A DNA stretch of 64,000 nt from an uncultured Gammaproteobacteria bacterium (GTDB lineage Bacteria; Patescibacteriota; Microgenomatia; UBA10105; UBA927), in NCBI GenBank assembly GCA_964573695.1, contig CAZNKB010000004.1:78214-142213 (forward strand), written 5' to 3'. Shown here piece after piece: positions 48,428 to 57,750 of the stretch. The notes below the pieces were generated by a model, which saw nothing but the letters and a program-made list of their open reading frames with translations, searched no databases and was not told the origin of the DNA. A program made the position numbers and the translations under genes. How positions within the stretch are numbered: the stretch's first letter is position 1; the number at the start of each line of letters is the position of its first letter.

Positions 48428-49390
48428 ATGACTTATGATGTCGTGATTATCGGGAGCGGGCCGGCGGGGTATACAGCAGCGCTGTATGCGTCACGCGCGT
48501 TCCTTAAGACGCTTGTCCTGTCCGGTCGTGAGCCGGGTGGGCAGCTTACGACGACGACCGAGGTTGATAATTTCCCCGGATTTCCCAAAGGGATACTCGG
48601 GCCTCAGCTTGTGACAGATATGAAAACTCAAGTTGAGCGTTTTGGCGCAGAAATACGGGTAGCAGTCGTTTCGCGTATCGCCAAATCCCCGGACGGAAAA
48701 ACATTTACACTGGTTACGGACACGGGTGACATTTCCACAAAAACAGTAATCGTCGCCACAGGAGCGTCCGCTATGTACCTCGGGTTGCCGTCGGAAGAAA
48801 AGCTGCGGGGGAAAGGTGTTTCGGCGTGTGCCACCTGCGACGGATTTTTTTTCCGTGGTAAAGTGGTCAGTGTCATCGGGGGTGGGGATACCGCCATGGA
48901 AGAGGCGACATTTTTGACAAAGTTTGCACCCAAGGTAACGGTGATTCATAGAAGGGACGAATTTCGGGCGTCGGCGATTATGCTTGACCGGGCAAAAAAA
49001 GATGAACGGATCAGTTTTCTCACAAATAAGATTGTGGAGGAAATACTCGGGGATAAGGAGGTTACCGGTATCCGGCTTAAGGATGCGAAAACAGGAGAGA
49101 CTATGGACTATCCGACACAGGGCGTATTTTTGGCAATCGGACACAAGCCCAGTACGGATTTTCTCAAAGGATTTGTCGAGTTAGACCCTAAAGGGTATGT
49201 GTTAATGAGTAGCAAACAGTTAACAGGTAACAGTTCGAATCGTGCATTATTACCACAAACGGAAACGAGCGTTCCTGGCGTGTTTGCCGCAGGAGACTGT
49301 GTTGATCCCCGATATCGGCAGGCGATCGTGGCTGCAGGACAAGGATGTATGGCAGCCATGGACGCAGAAAAATATTTAGAATCACATTGA
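48428..49390 (+). CDS. trxB: Thioredoxin-disulfide reductase
   Basis: 320 aa; GSGPAGYTAA FAD motif; redox CATCDGFF; NADPH GGGDTAMEEA. Confidence 0.9.
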   Translation: MTYDVVIIGSGPAGYTAALYASRAFLKTLVLSGREPGGQLTTTTEVDNFPGFPKGILGPQLVTDMKTQVERFGAEIRVAVVSRIAKSPDGKTFTLVTDTGDISTKTVIVATGASAMYLGLPSEEKLRGKGVSACATCDGFFFRGKVVSVIGGGDTAMEEATFLTKFAPKVTVIHRRDEFRASAIMLDRAKKDERISFLTNKIVEEILGDKEVTGIRLKDAKTGETMDYPTQGVFLAIGHKPSTDFLKGFVELDPKGYVLMSSKQLTGNSSNRALLPQTETSVPGVFAAGDCVDPRYRQAIVAAGQGCMAAMDAEKYLESH

Positions 49391-49425
49391 TTGCGTCATC
49401 ATTTTTTTAAACACGCTCGCCTGCT

Positions 49426-50151
49426 ATGGCACAAAAGATCACCCTTGAAGTCAGTAAAAAAGAACAAGTAACAGAGAATATTTTCTTTGTCACGTTTCGG
49501 CTTCTTAGCCCTCCTTCGATCGATTTTCGAGCGGGACAAAACATGATGCTCATGATCTCCCCGGGCGTCAATCGTACGATGTCGATCGCTTCTCCTCCGA
49601 GTTTGGCAGTACAGGCAGGCCAGAACAACGAACTCCTGATGATTCATGATGTGAGTCCTATGGGGCCGGGGAGCCTATGGACTATTGGGTTAAAGGTCGG
49701 GGACAAGGCGACGATCGTGGCTCCTACGGGGGGCGCCTTGTCGTTTATCGAATCCCCACGAAAAAAAGTCATGGTTGCGACCGGTACAGGGATTGCTCCG
49801 TTCCATGCAATGATTTTGGACTACATGAGTAAAGGAACTGTTTTGTCGCATGTACCTTTGGTGTTATATTGGGGATTACGCTTCGAGAGTGATATATATT
49901 GGAAAGAAGAGTTTGACCGGATAGCCGCTCTTAATCCGATGTTAACCTGGAGACTGATACTCTCGAAACCAACTGCAGCATGGCAGGGAGATCGCGGGCA
50001 TGTAACTGAGCACGTGCTGGAATCGGAACACGAGATGCACACTTCGGAATTTTATCTGTGCGGAAACAAAGCGATGATTGAAGACGTTCGGCAATCATTG
50101 CTTGCCCGACACGTACCGAGCGAATACATCAAAACAGAGTTGTTTTACTAA
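49426..50151 (+). CDS. FAD/NAD(P)-binding oxidoreductase (ferredoxin-NADP reductase-like fold)
   Basis: 241 aa; NAD-binding GTGIAPFHAMI; FNR-like beta-barrel N-terminus. Confidence 0.5.
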   Translation: MAQKITLEVSKKEQVTENIFFVTFRLLSPPSIDFRAGQNMMLMISPGVNRTMSIASPPSLAVQAGQNNELLMIHDVSPMGPGSLWTIGLKVGDKATIVAPTGGALSFIESPRKKVMVATGTGIAPFHAMILDYMSKGTVLSHVPLVLYWGLRFESDIYWKEEFDRIAALNPMLTWRLILSKPTAAWQGDRGHVTEHVLESEHEMHTSEFYLCGNKAMIEDVRQSLLARHVPSEYIKTELFY

Positions 50152-50191
50152 ACATTATATAAACTGAGTGCGTTTTACCTAAGGAGGTCGT

Positions 50192-51511
50192 ATGGTTGCC
50201 ATAAATCCGTTTGAGTCAGCAATGAAGCAGTTGGATGCCGCACACGCGGTTTTGAAAAAATCCAAAAAATCACTCAAAAATTTAGATCAAAAAGTCGCTG
50301 TCCTGAGGCAACCTAAACGACAACTCAACGTCACTGTTCCGGTAGTTATGGATAGCGGAGAACAACAAATATTTCAGGGTTTCCGTATTCAGTATAACGA
50401 CGCGAGAGGCCCCTACAAAGGCGGAATTCGATATCACCACAATGTGTCGCTTGATGAGGTCAAGGCATTATCGTTTTGGATGGCCATGAAATGCGCGGTT
50501 GCCGATTTGCCGCTCGGTGGTGGAAAGGGCGGGATTATTGTTGACCCCAAAACGTTGTCGCCGGGAGAGTTGGAGCGGTTGAGCCGGGGATACGGGAAAG
50601 CCATTGCGGACGTTATAGGTCCGGATCTCGACGTTCCTGCTCCTGATGTAAATACAAACGGTGTCATTATGGGGTGGATGGTTGATGAGTTTCTGAAGGT
50701 ACAACGTCATAAGGCGAAAGCTTTCGGCAAAACGTTATCAAAAACCGACGAAATGAAGCTGAAGAGCACATTTACCGGAAAGGCGATCAAAGACGGCGGC
50801 AGTGAAGGGCGGGAAGAAGCGACCGGGCTTGGCGGGCTGTTCGTCCTTCAGGCCATTCTCAAAAAACTAAAGCTTACAGGGAAATTGACTGCCGCGGTTC
50901 AGGGGTTTGGCAATGTCGGTTATAACGTAGCAAAATTTCTTGATGAGGCTGGGATCACTGTCGTTGCAGTGTCTGACAGTAAGGGGGGAATATATGTGCC
51001 CGAAGGTATTAATCCAGCGTTAACGCTAGAATGCAAAAAGAAAAACGGATATTTAGCGGGATGCTATTGTTCCGGTTCCGTCTGTGATCTGAAAAAGGGT
51101 AAACAGGTGACGAACGAGGCGCTACTTGAATTGCCGGTCGATATTCTGGTGCCCGCAGCGCTGGAAAATGCATTGACTCGGGAAAATGCGCAGAGGGTAA
51201 AAGCGAAAGTTGTGCTTGAAATGGCCAATGGACCGACCACGCCGGAGGCAGACGCAATACTTTACAAAAAAGGAATCCCGGTCATTCCCGATATCCTGAG
51301 TAACAGCGGAGGGGTCAGCGTTTCTGCCTTTGAGTGGGAGCAAAATCTCAAAGGACAACATTGGACAAAGGCTCAAGTGAATGCGAAGTTAGCCAAAAAA
51401 ATGGCGTCAGCAGCCGGTGCCGTTTGGGATGCATCGGTTCTCTACAAAACAAACTTGCGTACGGCAGCATTCGTTGTCGCACTTGAACGGATTTTGACGG
51501 CGATGAAGTAA
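50192..51511 (+). CDS. gdhA: Glutamate dehydrogenase (Glu/Leu/Phe/Val dehydrogenase family)
   Basis: 439 aa; catalytic GGGKGG lysine-glycine loop; dinucleotide GFGNVG. Confidence 0.85.
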   Translation: MVAINPFESAMKQLDAAHAVLKKSKKSLKNLDQKVAVLRQPKRQLNVTVPVVMDSGEQQIFQGFRIQYNDARGPYKGGIRYHHNVSLDEVKALSFWMAMKCAVADLPLGGGKGGIIVDPKTLSPGELERLSRGYGKAIADVIGPDLDVPAPDVNTNGVIMGWMVDEFLKVQRHKAKAFGKTLSKTDEMKLKSTFTGKAIKDGGSEGREEATGLGGLFVLQAILKKLKLTGKLTAAVQGFGNVGYNVAKFLDEAGITVVAVSDSKGGIYVPEGINPALTLECKKKNGYLAGCYCSGSVCDLKKGKQVTNEALLELPVDILVPAALENALTRENAQRVKAKVVLEMANGPTTPEADAILYKKGIPVIPDILSNSGGVSVSAFEWEQNLKGQHWTKAQVNAKLAKKMASAAGAVWDASVLYKTNLRTAAFVVALERILTAMK

Positions 51512-51530
51512 GTGTGTTTGGTTTACCGCC

Positions 51531-51622
51531 TTGACAGGCGAGTGAGCGGCTGTTTACTATAAGGTATATCAGCACGCGCTGCCCCAAGCTTGTTGACAAC
51601 CAGACGGAAAGTCCGCTACAGT
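51531..51622 (+). promoter_or_regulatory. Two tandem sigma70-like promoters upstream of the uncharacterised gene array
   Basis: TTGACA(51531-36)-18-TACTAT and TTGACA(51593-98)-18-TACAGT. Confidence 0.35.
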
Positions 51623-51965
51623 GAAGCTTAGTATGAATACAAAACAAGCCAAGTTTGAAGACCGTCTTACCGACATTGTTGTTCAGATAGAGAAGTCCGG
51701 GTGGACTGACGAGGATAAAAACGCGCTGTATGCCAAAATCAGCGAGTATCTCCACAGCGTCGTATTGCCGGTGCTACTTAAGTTTACCCCAGTCGATGAA
51801 TTAAAGGACCTTGCAAATAACCCCGCAAAAGATACCGTTGACGCGTTCGTTGAGGTTATGAAAAAACCATTAAGCGATCCAAAAATGGCTCAAGAGCTTG
51901 ATGCGACGGTCCACAGTGTGCTTGATGATGTCGAAACTGCCTTATCCAAAGGAGGGATAACATGA
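51621..51965 (+). CDS. Small acidic helical protein, paralogue A of a 3-member family (unknown function)
   Basis: 114 aa; shares …(D/E)KxxLYAxISExLxxxxxPVLLKxxPxxEL…NPxK…T… with 52513 and 53495 ORFs; likely true start ATG 51633. Confidence 0.55.
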   Translation: MKLSMNTKQAKFEDRLTDIVVQIEKSGWTDEDKNALYAKISEYLHSVVLPVLLKFTPVDELKDLANNPAKDTVDAFVEVMKKPLSDPKMAQELDATVHSVLDDVETALSKGGIT

Positions 51966-52507
51966 GTGAACAATCCATGGGTGCAGAACTAGGGACACCG
52001 AGAGATCGTGCCATTGCCTATCTGGAACTCCGGCAGCACGGAACATACAAAGGCGGAGCGGAGAAAAACGTCAAGACAGGATTGATTCCCGACAAAGTAC
52101 GTCGTACCGAGCCGCTTGTAGATGCGGTGACTGCCTATGAGCAGGTGATTGACCGCATGGGACAGAAGGGGTTTGTCGGGTCACAGCAAGCATTGGAAAA
52201 TCTTCGTCCGCAGGCCTATGACGCGATGCGCGGTGTGCAATGGGGAGCGAGAGCCGCGGACTTTTTGTTGACCGCAGCTATCTGGTTGGGACCAACGAGA
52301 CGGGTTATTCGAGGATTACCGCTTAAAGCAGCCGCAACGTGGGCCATGATGAGATTCCGTCCTCTTGAATGGGCCGCAGCTACGGCGACAAAGATAGGCG
52401 GATCCGTTGCCACAACGGAAACAGTGGCGCCCGTTGTCAACAAAATTCTGCAAGGCGGAGAACGCGTTCCGAAAACGCCCGCCGTACCTAAACCCATGGC
52501 GGCCTAA
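51962..52507 (+). CDS. hypothetical protein with Ala/Trp-rich hydrophobic segment
   Basis: 181 aa; 4-nt overlap with upstream ORF; ADFLLTAAIWLGPTRRVIRGLPLKAAATWAMM. Confidence 0.45.
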   Translation: MSEQSMGAELGTPRDRAIAYLELRQHGTYKGGAEKNVKTGLIPDKVRRTEPLVDAVTAYEQVIDRMGQKGFVGSQQALENLRPQAYDAMRGVQWGARAADFLLTAAIWLGPTRRVIRGLPLKAAATWAMMRFRPLEWAAATATKIGGSVATTETVAPVVNKILQGGERVPKTPAVPKPMAA

Positions 52508-52512
52508 CTATC

Positions 52513-52821
52513 ATGGAAGAGAAACTTAAAGCGATCCTTGCCCGCATAGAAGCCTCAAACCTCGAAGAGCAGGATAAGGTAAAGCTCTATGCCGTCATCT
52601 CCGAGTCTCTCAAGGCGGCGATTTGGCCTACACTTCTTGCCAAAATGCCGAAAAACGAGCTGGAAATGCTTGTGAAAAACCCCGGGAAAGCAACTGCTGA
52701 ATCATACCTTCATCTGATCGAAGAAGCGACCAAAGACGAAAAGGTGCTGGATGACGTGAATGAAGTGCTTATGAATTTGGTAAATGAAATAGATGCGGCC
52801 CTTACGGAGGAAAAGATATGA
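52513..52821 (+). CDS. Small acidic helical protein, paralogue B
   Basis: 102 aa; MEEKLKAILARIEASNLEEQDKVKLYAVISESL…WPTLLAKMPKNELEMLVKNPGKATAESY. Confidence 0.55.
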   Translation: MEEKLKAILARIEASNLEEQDKVKLYAVISESLKAAIWPTLLAKMPKNELEMLVKNPGKATAESYLHLIEEATKDEKVLDDVNEVLMNLVNEIDAALTEEKI

Positions 52822-53432
52822 CCGAGCAAACAGGAGAATTGGCAGCCCCAGTCGAACGGGAGAGCGGTGTGGTAAAACGGATTGCCGAGAAGGCCGGCAA
52901 GTTTTTGTCGGAAAACTACACATTGAAGGGTGCCAAGGCGCGGGAACTGAGAGCGCTTGATGCGGTGGTAGGGAGCTTTACCCCGGAACAGCAAATGGAG
53001 ATGCGGGCACATTTTGAGGCTAAGGCGGAGAAGAATGCAAAATGGAAAGTGATCCGTAATTGGGTTGCGACTGGTGCTGGTATTGCCCTTGGCGGAGCAG
53101 TAGTAATAGCCGGACCCGACAAAGCTGCTGCGGCAGTCGTGTTGGCTGCAGGAAAAGTAGCTGAATGGTGGACGGTGACAGCCGCTCCGGCGCTTGCAAA
53201 AGCGGCAGCGCCAATAATTGCAGTGGGAGAAGCGGTCAAGACAGGGATACACAAGGCCTGGACTACGGTGTATAACTATGTTGACTATATGTTTGATATC
53301 AAACCGTTTGCGGTTGATATCCCATGGACCCAAATCAAAGACGGGGCGCCGAAGATCCCGCCATTCCCCGATTTACCACCGTTTAATCCGCCAAAGATAG
53401 AGATTCCCTGGCCGAAATTCGGGATTAAATAG
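52818..53432 (+). CDS. hypothetical protein with Gly/Ala-rich hydrophobic hairpin
   Basis: 204 aa; WVATGAGIALGGAVVIAGPDKAAAAVVLAAGKVAEWWTVTAAPALAKAAAPIIAVG; Pro-rich C-terminus. Confidence 0.45.
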   Translation: MTEQTGELAAPVERESGVVKRIAEKAGKFLSENYTLKGAKARELRALDAVVGSFTPEQQMEMRAHFEAKAEKNAKWKVIRNWVATGAGIALGGAVVIAGPDKAAAAVVLAAGKVAEWWTVTAAPALAKAAAPIIAVGEAVKTGIHKAWTTVYNYVDYMFDIKPFAVDIPWTQIKDGAPKIPPFPDLPPFNPPKIEIPWPKFGIK

Positions 53433-53494
53433 GTGAGGGGATATTGACTTGACGGTGTCCTGATGCCATAGTATTAATTAAGAAAAGGAGTCTT

Positions 53495-53818
53495 ATGGAA
53501 GATAAACTGAAAGCAATTGTGACGAGAATCGAACAAAGTAAATTATCCGAAGCAGAAAAGGCAGAGCTTTATACAACTATCTCTGAGGGACTGCAGGTGA
53601 CCGTGTGGCCGGTGTTACTTAAATACATGCCCAAAGAGCAACTTGATTATCTTGCTGCCGATCCTAAGGGGAGAGTGACTGTCGAAAGTTATGCGCAACT
53701 CATTACCGATACGATCAAAGACGGTGTGGCACTCAAGGAAATTGATGACCTGATGAATCAGGTGCTTGATGAGGTCGATAAAGCACTTTCTGAAGAGGGG
53801 ATCGATACAGTAAAATAA
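53495..53818 (+). CDS. Small acidic helical protein, paralogue C
   Basis: 107 aa; MEDKLKAIVTRIEQSKLSEAEKAELYTTISEGLQVTVWPVLLKYMPKEQL…. Confidence 0.55.
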   Translation: MEDKLKAIVTRIEQSKLSEAEKAELYTTISEGLQVTVWPVLLKYMPKEQLDYLAADPKGRVTVESYAQLITDTIKDGVALKEIDDLMNQVLDEVDKALSEEGIDTVK

Positions 53819-53849
53819 ATTAAGTTTTCTTGCCCAAAGAAGAAAGGAT

Positions 53850-54377
53850 ATGACTATGGCAGAAATAGGAATGTCAATGGAACCACCGAAAAAAGGATTT
53901 GTCGAAGGGCTTCGTCGTGCATTCACGGTTGGGGGAGCGAAAGAGAAGTGGTATCAGGATCACAAAGATCTGGTGCTTAAATACACAGATGTGCATAATG
54001 GCCTGAACGACGAACAGCGTGCACAGGTGATGCAGCAGATAGAAAACGACGCGACTAAGTCGGCAAAGATCGCCGTTGGGAAGCATGTGGGTGCAGCCGT
54101 TCTCACAACTGCAGTTCTGGGATTTGGTGGAGGACTTGTGGGGAGTGAGCGGTTCCGAAATTTTGTAGCAAAAGGCAAATTGTTTAATTGGGAGTTTGGA
54201 AAAGGACTTGCAACACTAGGGGAGAAAGGGGCTGGTCATTTGGGTGATGCAAAAAAATGGCTGGACAAGGTAATTGATGGGCCAAAGCAGTGGGTGTATA
54301 AAAAAATACTTCCTGATTCTGCGCTTACCGGCGCGTTTGATGCAGGGGCTACTGTGGCTAGCGCAGTAAAGAAATAA
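53850..54377 (+). CDS. hypothetical protein with Gly-rich hydrophobic segment
   Basis: 175 aa; VGAAVLTTAVLGFGGGLVG. Confidence 0.45.
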   Translation: MTMAEIGMSMEPPKKGFVEGLRRAFTVGGAKEKWYQDHKDLVLKYTDVHNGLNDEQRAQVMQQIENDATKSAKIAVGKHVGAAVLTTAVLGFGGGLVGSERFRNFVAKGKLFNWEFGKGLATLGEKGAGHLGDAKKWLDKVIDGPKQWVYKKILPDSALTGAFDAGATVASAVKK

Positions 54378-54473
54378 AGCAAACGTTATCCCTCTTTTAG
54401 CGATCTCATATGGCTAGGGCATAGGTATTTTTGTGTTGCAATTCACGTTTGTATATGTTCTACTAATAGTAGA

Positions 54474-55235
54474 ATGTCTATGTCAGAAATACCCAAGGGT
54501 AATCCTCAATTTGTGGGCCAAGCAGATGCGAGTAAATTGCAGGCCGAAGCTCCCATAAAAGCCGAATTTACTATTTCCCCGGAACAGCAAAAGGTAGCCG
54601 ACGTTATGAAAGAGAGTGGTGATAAGCTTGCTGACTCCGTCATTGAGGCGCGGGCACGGGCAGCCGGTAAACTTCAGTCGTTGCGTGGTAAAGAACTCGT
54701 TGATGCGGGATTGAAGCAAATGGGAAGAGGAGCCTGGGAAACATTCAAGTCGGAACTCAAATGGGGGATACCAATGTACATATTAGGCACGGTTGGTGGA
54801 GCGACAGCAGGATATGCAGGTGTAAGAGGATTACGCACAGAAGAAGGGCGCCAGTCTCTAGCAAATAGTTTATCCAGTCTCTCGGATGAGCCAGTACCGC
54901 TTATGTCTGCGGAGGAAGCACGTTCTGCACAGCAATTCGCGACAGGTCTTGGTGCAACCATAGGGGGAACTATTGGTAAGGATGTAGGTGTGTTGTTGGG
55001 ATACGAAACCGCTGGGCTCAAATATAACAAGAAAATTGCGGTCAAGGAAAACTTACCGTCCACGAAATTTGTTGACTGGGTAGTTGGTAATGCTGCAAAT
55101 GTCGGGATACGGACGCTTCTTAAAGGGCGTTTCGGCTTTGTAGGTCAGCTTGTGGTAAATGAGGTTACAAATCCGATAACAATCGGGGGACTCCGCAATG
55201 TGGCGACCGGCATGTGGCAGATGAGAAAGGGATAA
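54474..55235 (+). CDS. hypothetical protein with Gly-rich hydrophobic segments
   Basis: 253 aa; IPMYILGTVGGATAGYAGV and GLGATIGGTIGKDVGVLLGYETAG. Confidence 0.45.
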   Translation: MSMSEIPKGNPQFVGQADASKLQAEAPIKAEFTISPEQQKVADVMKESGDKLADSVIEARARAAGKLQSLRGKELVDAGLKQMGRGAWETFKSELKWGIPMYILGTVGGATAGYAGVRGLRTEEGRQSLANSLSSLSDEPVPLMSAEEARSAQQFATGLGATIGGTIGKDVGVLLGYETAGLKYNKKIAVKENLPSTKFVDWVVGNAANVGIRTLLKGRFGFVGQLVVNEVTNPITIGGLRNVATGMWQMRKG

Positions 55236-55236
55236 T

Positions 55237-55521
55237 ATGCAGGCACTGAAACACAAAATACAGCATACAACTCTATTTTCTGATGACGATAAGATCGCTA
55301 TCCTTGCTGCAGTCGATACGTACACTGCGGAAGATGTAAAGGCGCTGGAGGGCATCATCGATGAGTTTGATGAGAAGCACCAGGAGGCTATTTCCGAGTA
55401 CAAAAAATCCGTGTACGGAGTACTCGATACGATCGTTGCAAAAGCGAACCCGTCAGACAAAAAACGCTTCCAAAATGCTGCAGCTGATGTCCGGAGCGGT
55501 TTAGACGCACTTCTACAATAA
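55237..55521 (+). CDS. small acidic helical protein (possibly distant relative of the 3-member family)
   Basis: 94 aa; 4-nt overlap (ATGA-type) with upstream ORF. Confidence 0.4.
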   Translation: MQALKHKIQHTTLFSDDDKIAILAAVDTYTAEDVKALEGIIDEFDEKHQEAISEYKKSVYGVLDTIVAKANPSDKKRFQNAAADVRSGLDALLQ

Positions 55522-55560
55522 AGTTTTTCCTCCTTCAGTTGTGTTTGCTATAATCGGAAT

Positions 55561-57726
55561 ATGACCGAGTACCCTCCGAAGCCCAAGCGTACTATAGAGG
55601 CGCCCACAAAGGAAATTCCCCGCGTAGACCCGAGCCCGCTTCAAGAATCCGCAAAGTTAGTAGGGGCTATAGATGCGAAAGATAAGCAGGGAATCGAGCA
55701 GCACTCAAGCGCATTGGTGGATGAAGTAAGAAAGGATTTTGCCCGTCAGAACGTACCACTTACTCCAAGCGAAACATCATCTCTGGGAAAAAAAGTGAAA
55801 GACTCTTTGAATAACGCCGGAAAGCGGACATCTGAAATGGTGTTTTCTAAAGAGATGCAGAAGGACTTGGCAGAGTATAGGAGTATCGTAACAGATATAG
55901 AGAAAACGTATAAATTTTCCTCAATAGCCCCTGAATTCTATAAGGCGGCAGATAAAATACGTACAAACACAGTGTTGGAAACATTAAGTATTTTTGGTAT
56001 TCAGCACGCATCTAACCCGGGACATGTCGAGCGTGCAGCGATAGAGGTGGCCAGATTTAGTGAAGCAAAGGGCGTAGGGGCAAAGCTCAAACACGCCATG
56101 TCTATCGGAAGGGAAGCACTGCCGTATGTCTACATACTTGGGCTTATACCGCCGCTCATTAACAGTAAGAACATCAGTAAACAATTTGAAGAAAGCACCA
56201 TGAAATTGCGATCAGCTATTAACACCCGGGTAGCACAGTCCGTTTTTATGAGGGATTTTGAGTTTATCCATGACAAGCCAGCCTCAGAAATCATGAATAT
56301 CGTCGATAAAGGCAAACAGGGTACCGTTGATCTTATGAGACTCACGTACAAGCAAATGTTGCCAAAGATTGCAGCTCTTGGTGCAATTACGACTACGGAA
56401 TTTCTTATTGCTCCTCCCGCGGGTATCTTGGGACTTATTCGGATACCGTTCTTGGCTAAACACGGGGAACAAACTGCCAGAAAAATTCTTTCTGAGCGCG
56501 CAGAGAATTTAAAGAGGAAGGATTTGATAGATGCTCGTGTGATGTCGTCGCTTCAGAGTCTCGAGGTGGTTCGGACGACAGATAGCATGGTGAATGCCAT
56601 GGAAGAGCTGCAAAGTAATATGTCCAAAAGCGACGAAGTGGATATTGCGGCGGATTCCTCAAGAAGTGAACGCGACATAAAGGAATCCTACTATGGTTTG
56701 GGGTATACCTATGGCATACCCATTGTAGCCGCCGGGTGGGAAGCGTTGATGAATTTAAATGCACTGAAAGGAAAAGATACGTCGTTTGATGCCGGCCAAG
56801 CGTCGCTCAATGTTATGCTCGCAGGAACCAGTACGTTAGCTTTGGAGGGTATTAACGGTGCGATGATGGAAGAGCTTGTACATGAATACACGGATAAAGT
56901 GCAGCCCGCACTTCAGGATATCCGTCGCATGAATGAGCTGTTGGGGCCGTATGATCAGGTCGATACGCCGGAGGGCCCACGGGAACAGGCGCGGATGCCG
57001 GCCGAAGCGTTGGGTAACTTTGATATTTCCATAAAAAATTTGAATTTCAAAAATATTTTACATAACGTGTCCATGGATATACCCCAAGGGTCGTTTGTGA
57101 CTATCAAGGGGCAGTCGGGAATAGGGAAGACGACCTTTTTACGTCATATGCTTGGGTTGTTTGGTGCAGAAGAGGGCAAGGTGTCATACGGCGGAACGGA
57201 TCTCGGGAGTATCAAAAAGTACGGAGAACACTCGATTTATTCTCAGCTTGCGTATGCCAATCAGAACCCTCAATATTTCGAAAACATGAGCCTTAGGGAA
57301 AACCTATTGCTTTGGACCAAAAAGCAGGTTGACACGGAAAAATTAACAACGGTACTACACGATCTCCACCTGGATCATATCGCAGACCGTATGGACAGCA
57401 ATGTGAAGCATTTTTCCGGTGGGGAACTCCGCAGAATCGGGATTGCCCGGGCGCTCCTTAAAGATCCGAAGGTGCTCTTCCTTGACGAGCCAACCGCAAA
57501 TTTAGACGAAGCTTCGGCAAAACAGGTGCTCGATATCATTAAACAGATGCGAAAGACGAGACCGGATATGACTGTGGTTGCCGTGACCCATGATCCGAAT
57601 TTCGAAGCGATCGCGGAAAAGATCGTTGATTTTGCCGAGGTGAATAAGCCTAACGATACGAAAGCCGAGTCACTCGGGAACCGGCAGGTGTTTTATGCGT
57701 CGAGTGCTTCTCCCTCGAAGAATTAG
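55561..57726 (+). CDS. ABC-type ATPase fused to ~480-aa N-terminal exporter-TMD-like but weakly hydrophobic domain; paralogue 1 of 3
   Basis: 721 aa; Walker A GQSGIGKTT, signature FSGGELRRIGIARALL, Walker B VLFLDEPTANLDE, H-loop AVTHD; N-domain motifs FMRDFEFIHDKPASEIMNIVDKGK and QPALQDIRRMNELLGPYD. Confidence 0.7.
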   Translation: MTEYPPKPKRTIEAPTKEIPRVDPSPLQESAKLVGAIDAKDKQGIEQHSSALVDEVRKDFARQNVPLTPSETSSLGKKVKDSLNNAGKRTSEMVFSKEMQKDLAEYRSIVTDIEKTYKFSSIAPEFYKAADKIRTNTVLETLSIFGIQHASNPGHVERAAIEVARFSEAKGVGAKLKHAMSIGREALPYVYILGLIPPLINSKNISKQFEESTMKLRSAINTRVAQSVFMRDFEFIHDKPASEIMNIVDKGKQGTVDLMRLTYKQMLPKIAALGAITTTEFLIAPPAGILGLIRIPFLAKHGEQTARKILSERAENLKRKDLIDARVMSSLQSLEVVRTTDSMVNAMEELQSNMSKSDEVDIAADSSRSERDIKESYYGLGYTYGIPIVAAGWEALMNLNALKGKDTSFDAGQASLNVMLAGTSTLALEGINGAMMEELVHEYTDKVQPALQDIRRMNELLGPYDQVDTPEGPREQARMPAEALGNFDISIKNLNFKNILHNVSMDIPQGSFVTIKGQSGIGKTTFLRHMLGLFGAEEGKVSYGGTDLGSIKKYGEHSIYSQLAYANQNPQYFENMSLRENLLLWTKKQVDTEKLTTVLHDLHLDHIADRMDSNVKHFSGGELRRIGIARALLKDPKVLFLDEPTANLDEASAKQVLDIIKQMRKTRPDMTVVAVTHDPNFEAIAEKIVDFAEVNKPNDTKAESLGNRQVFYASSASPSKN

Positions 57727-57750
57727 TACGTTTGGGTTACAATACCGTGC

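Noticed and set aside
52710-53333. 207-aa minus-strand ORF inside the novel array
   Set aside because: Cys/Arg/His-rich translation typical of antisense reading of GC-rich Ala/Gly codons; overlaps two plus-strand paralogue genes with coherent family relationships.
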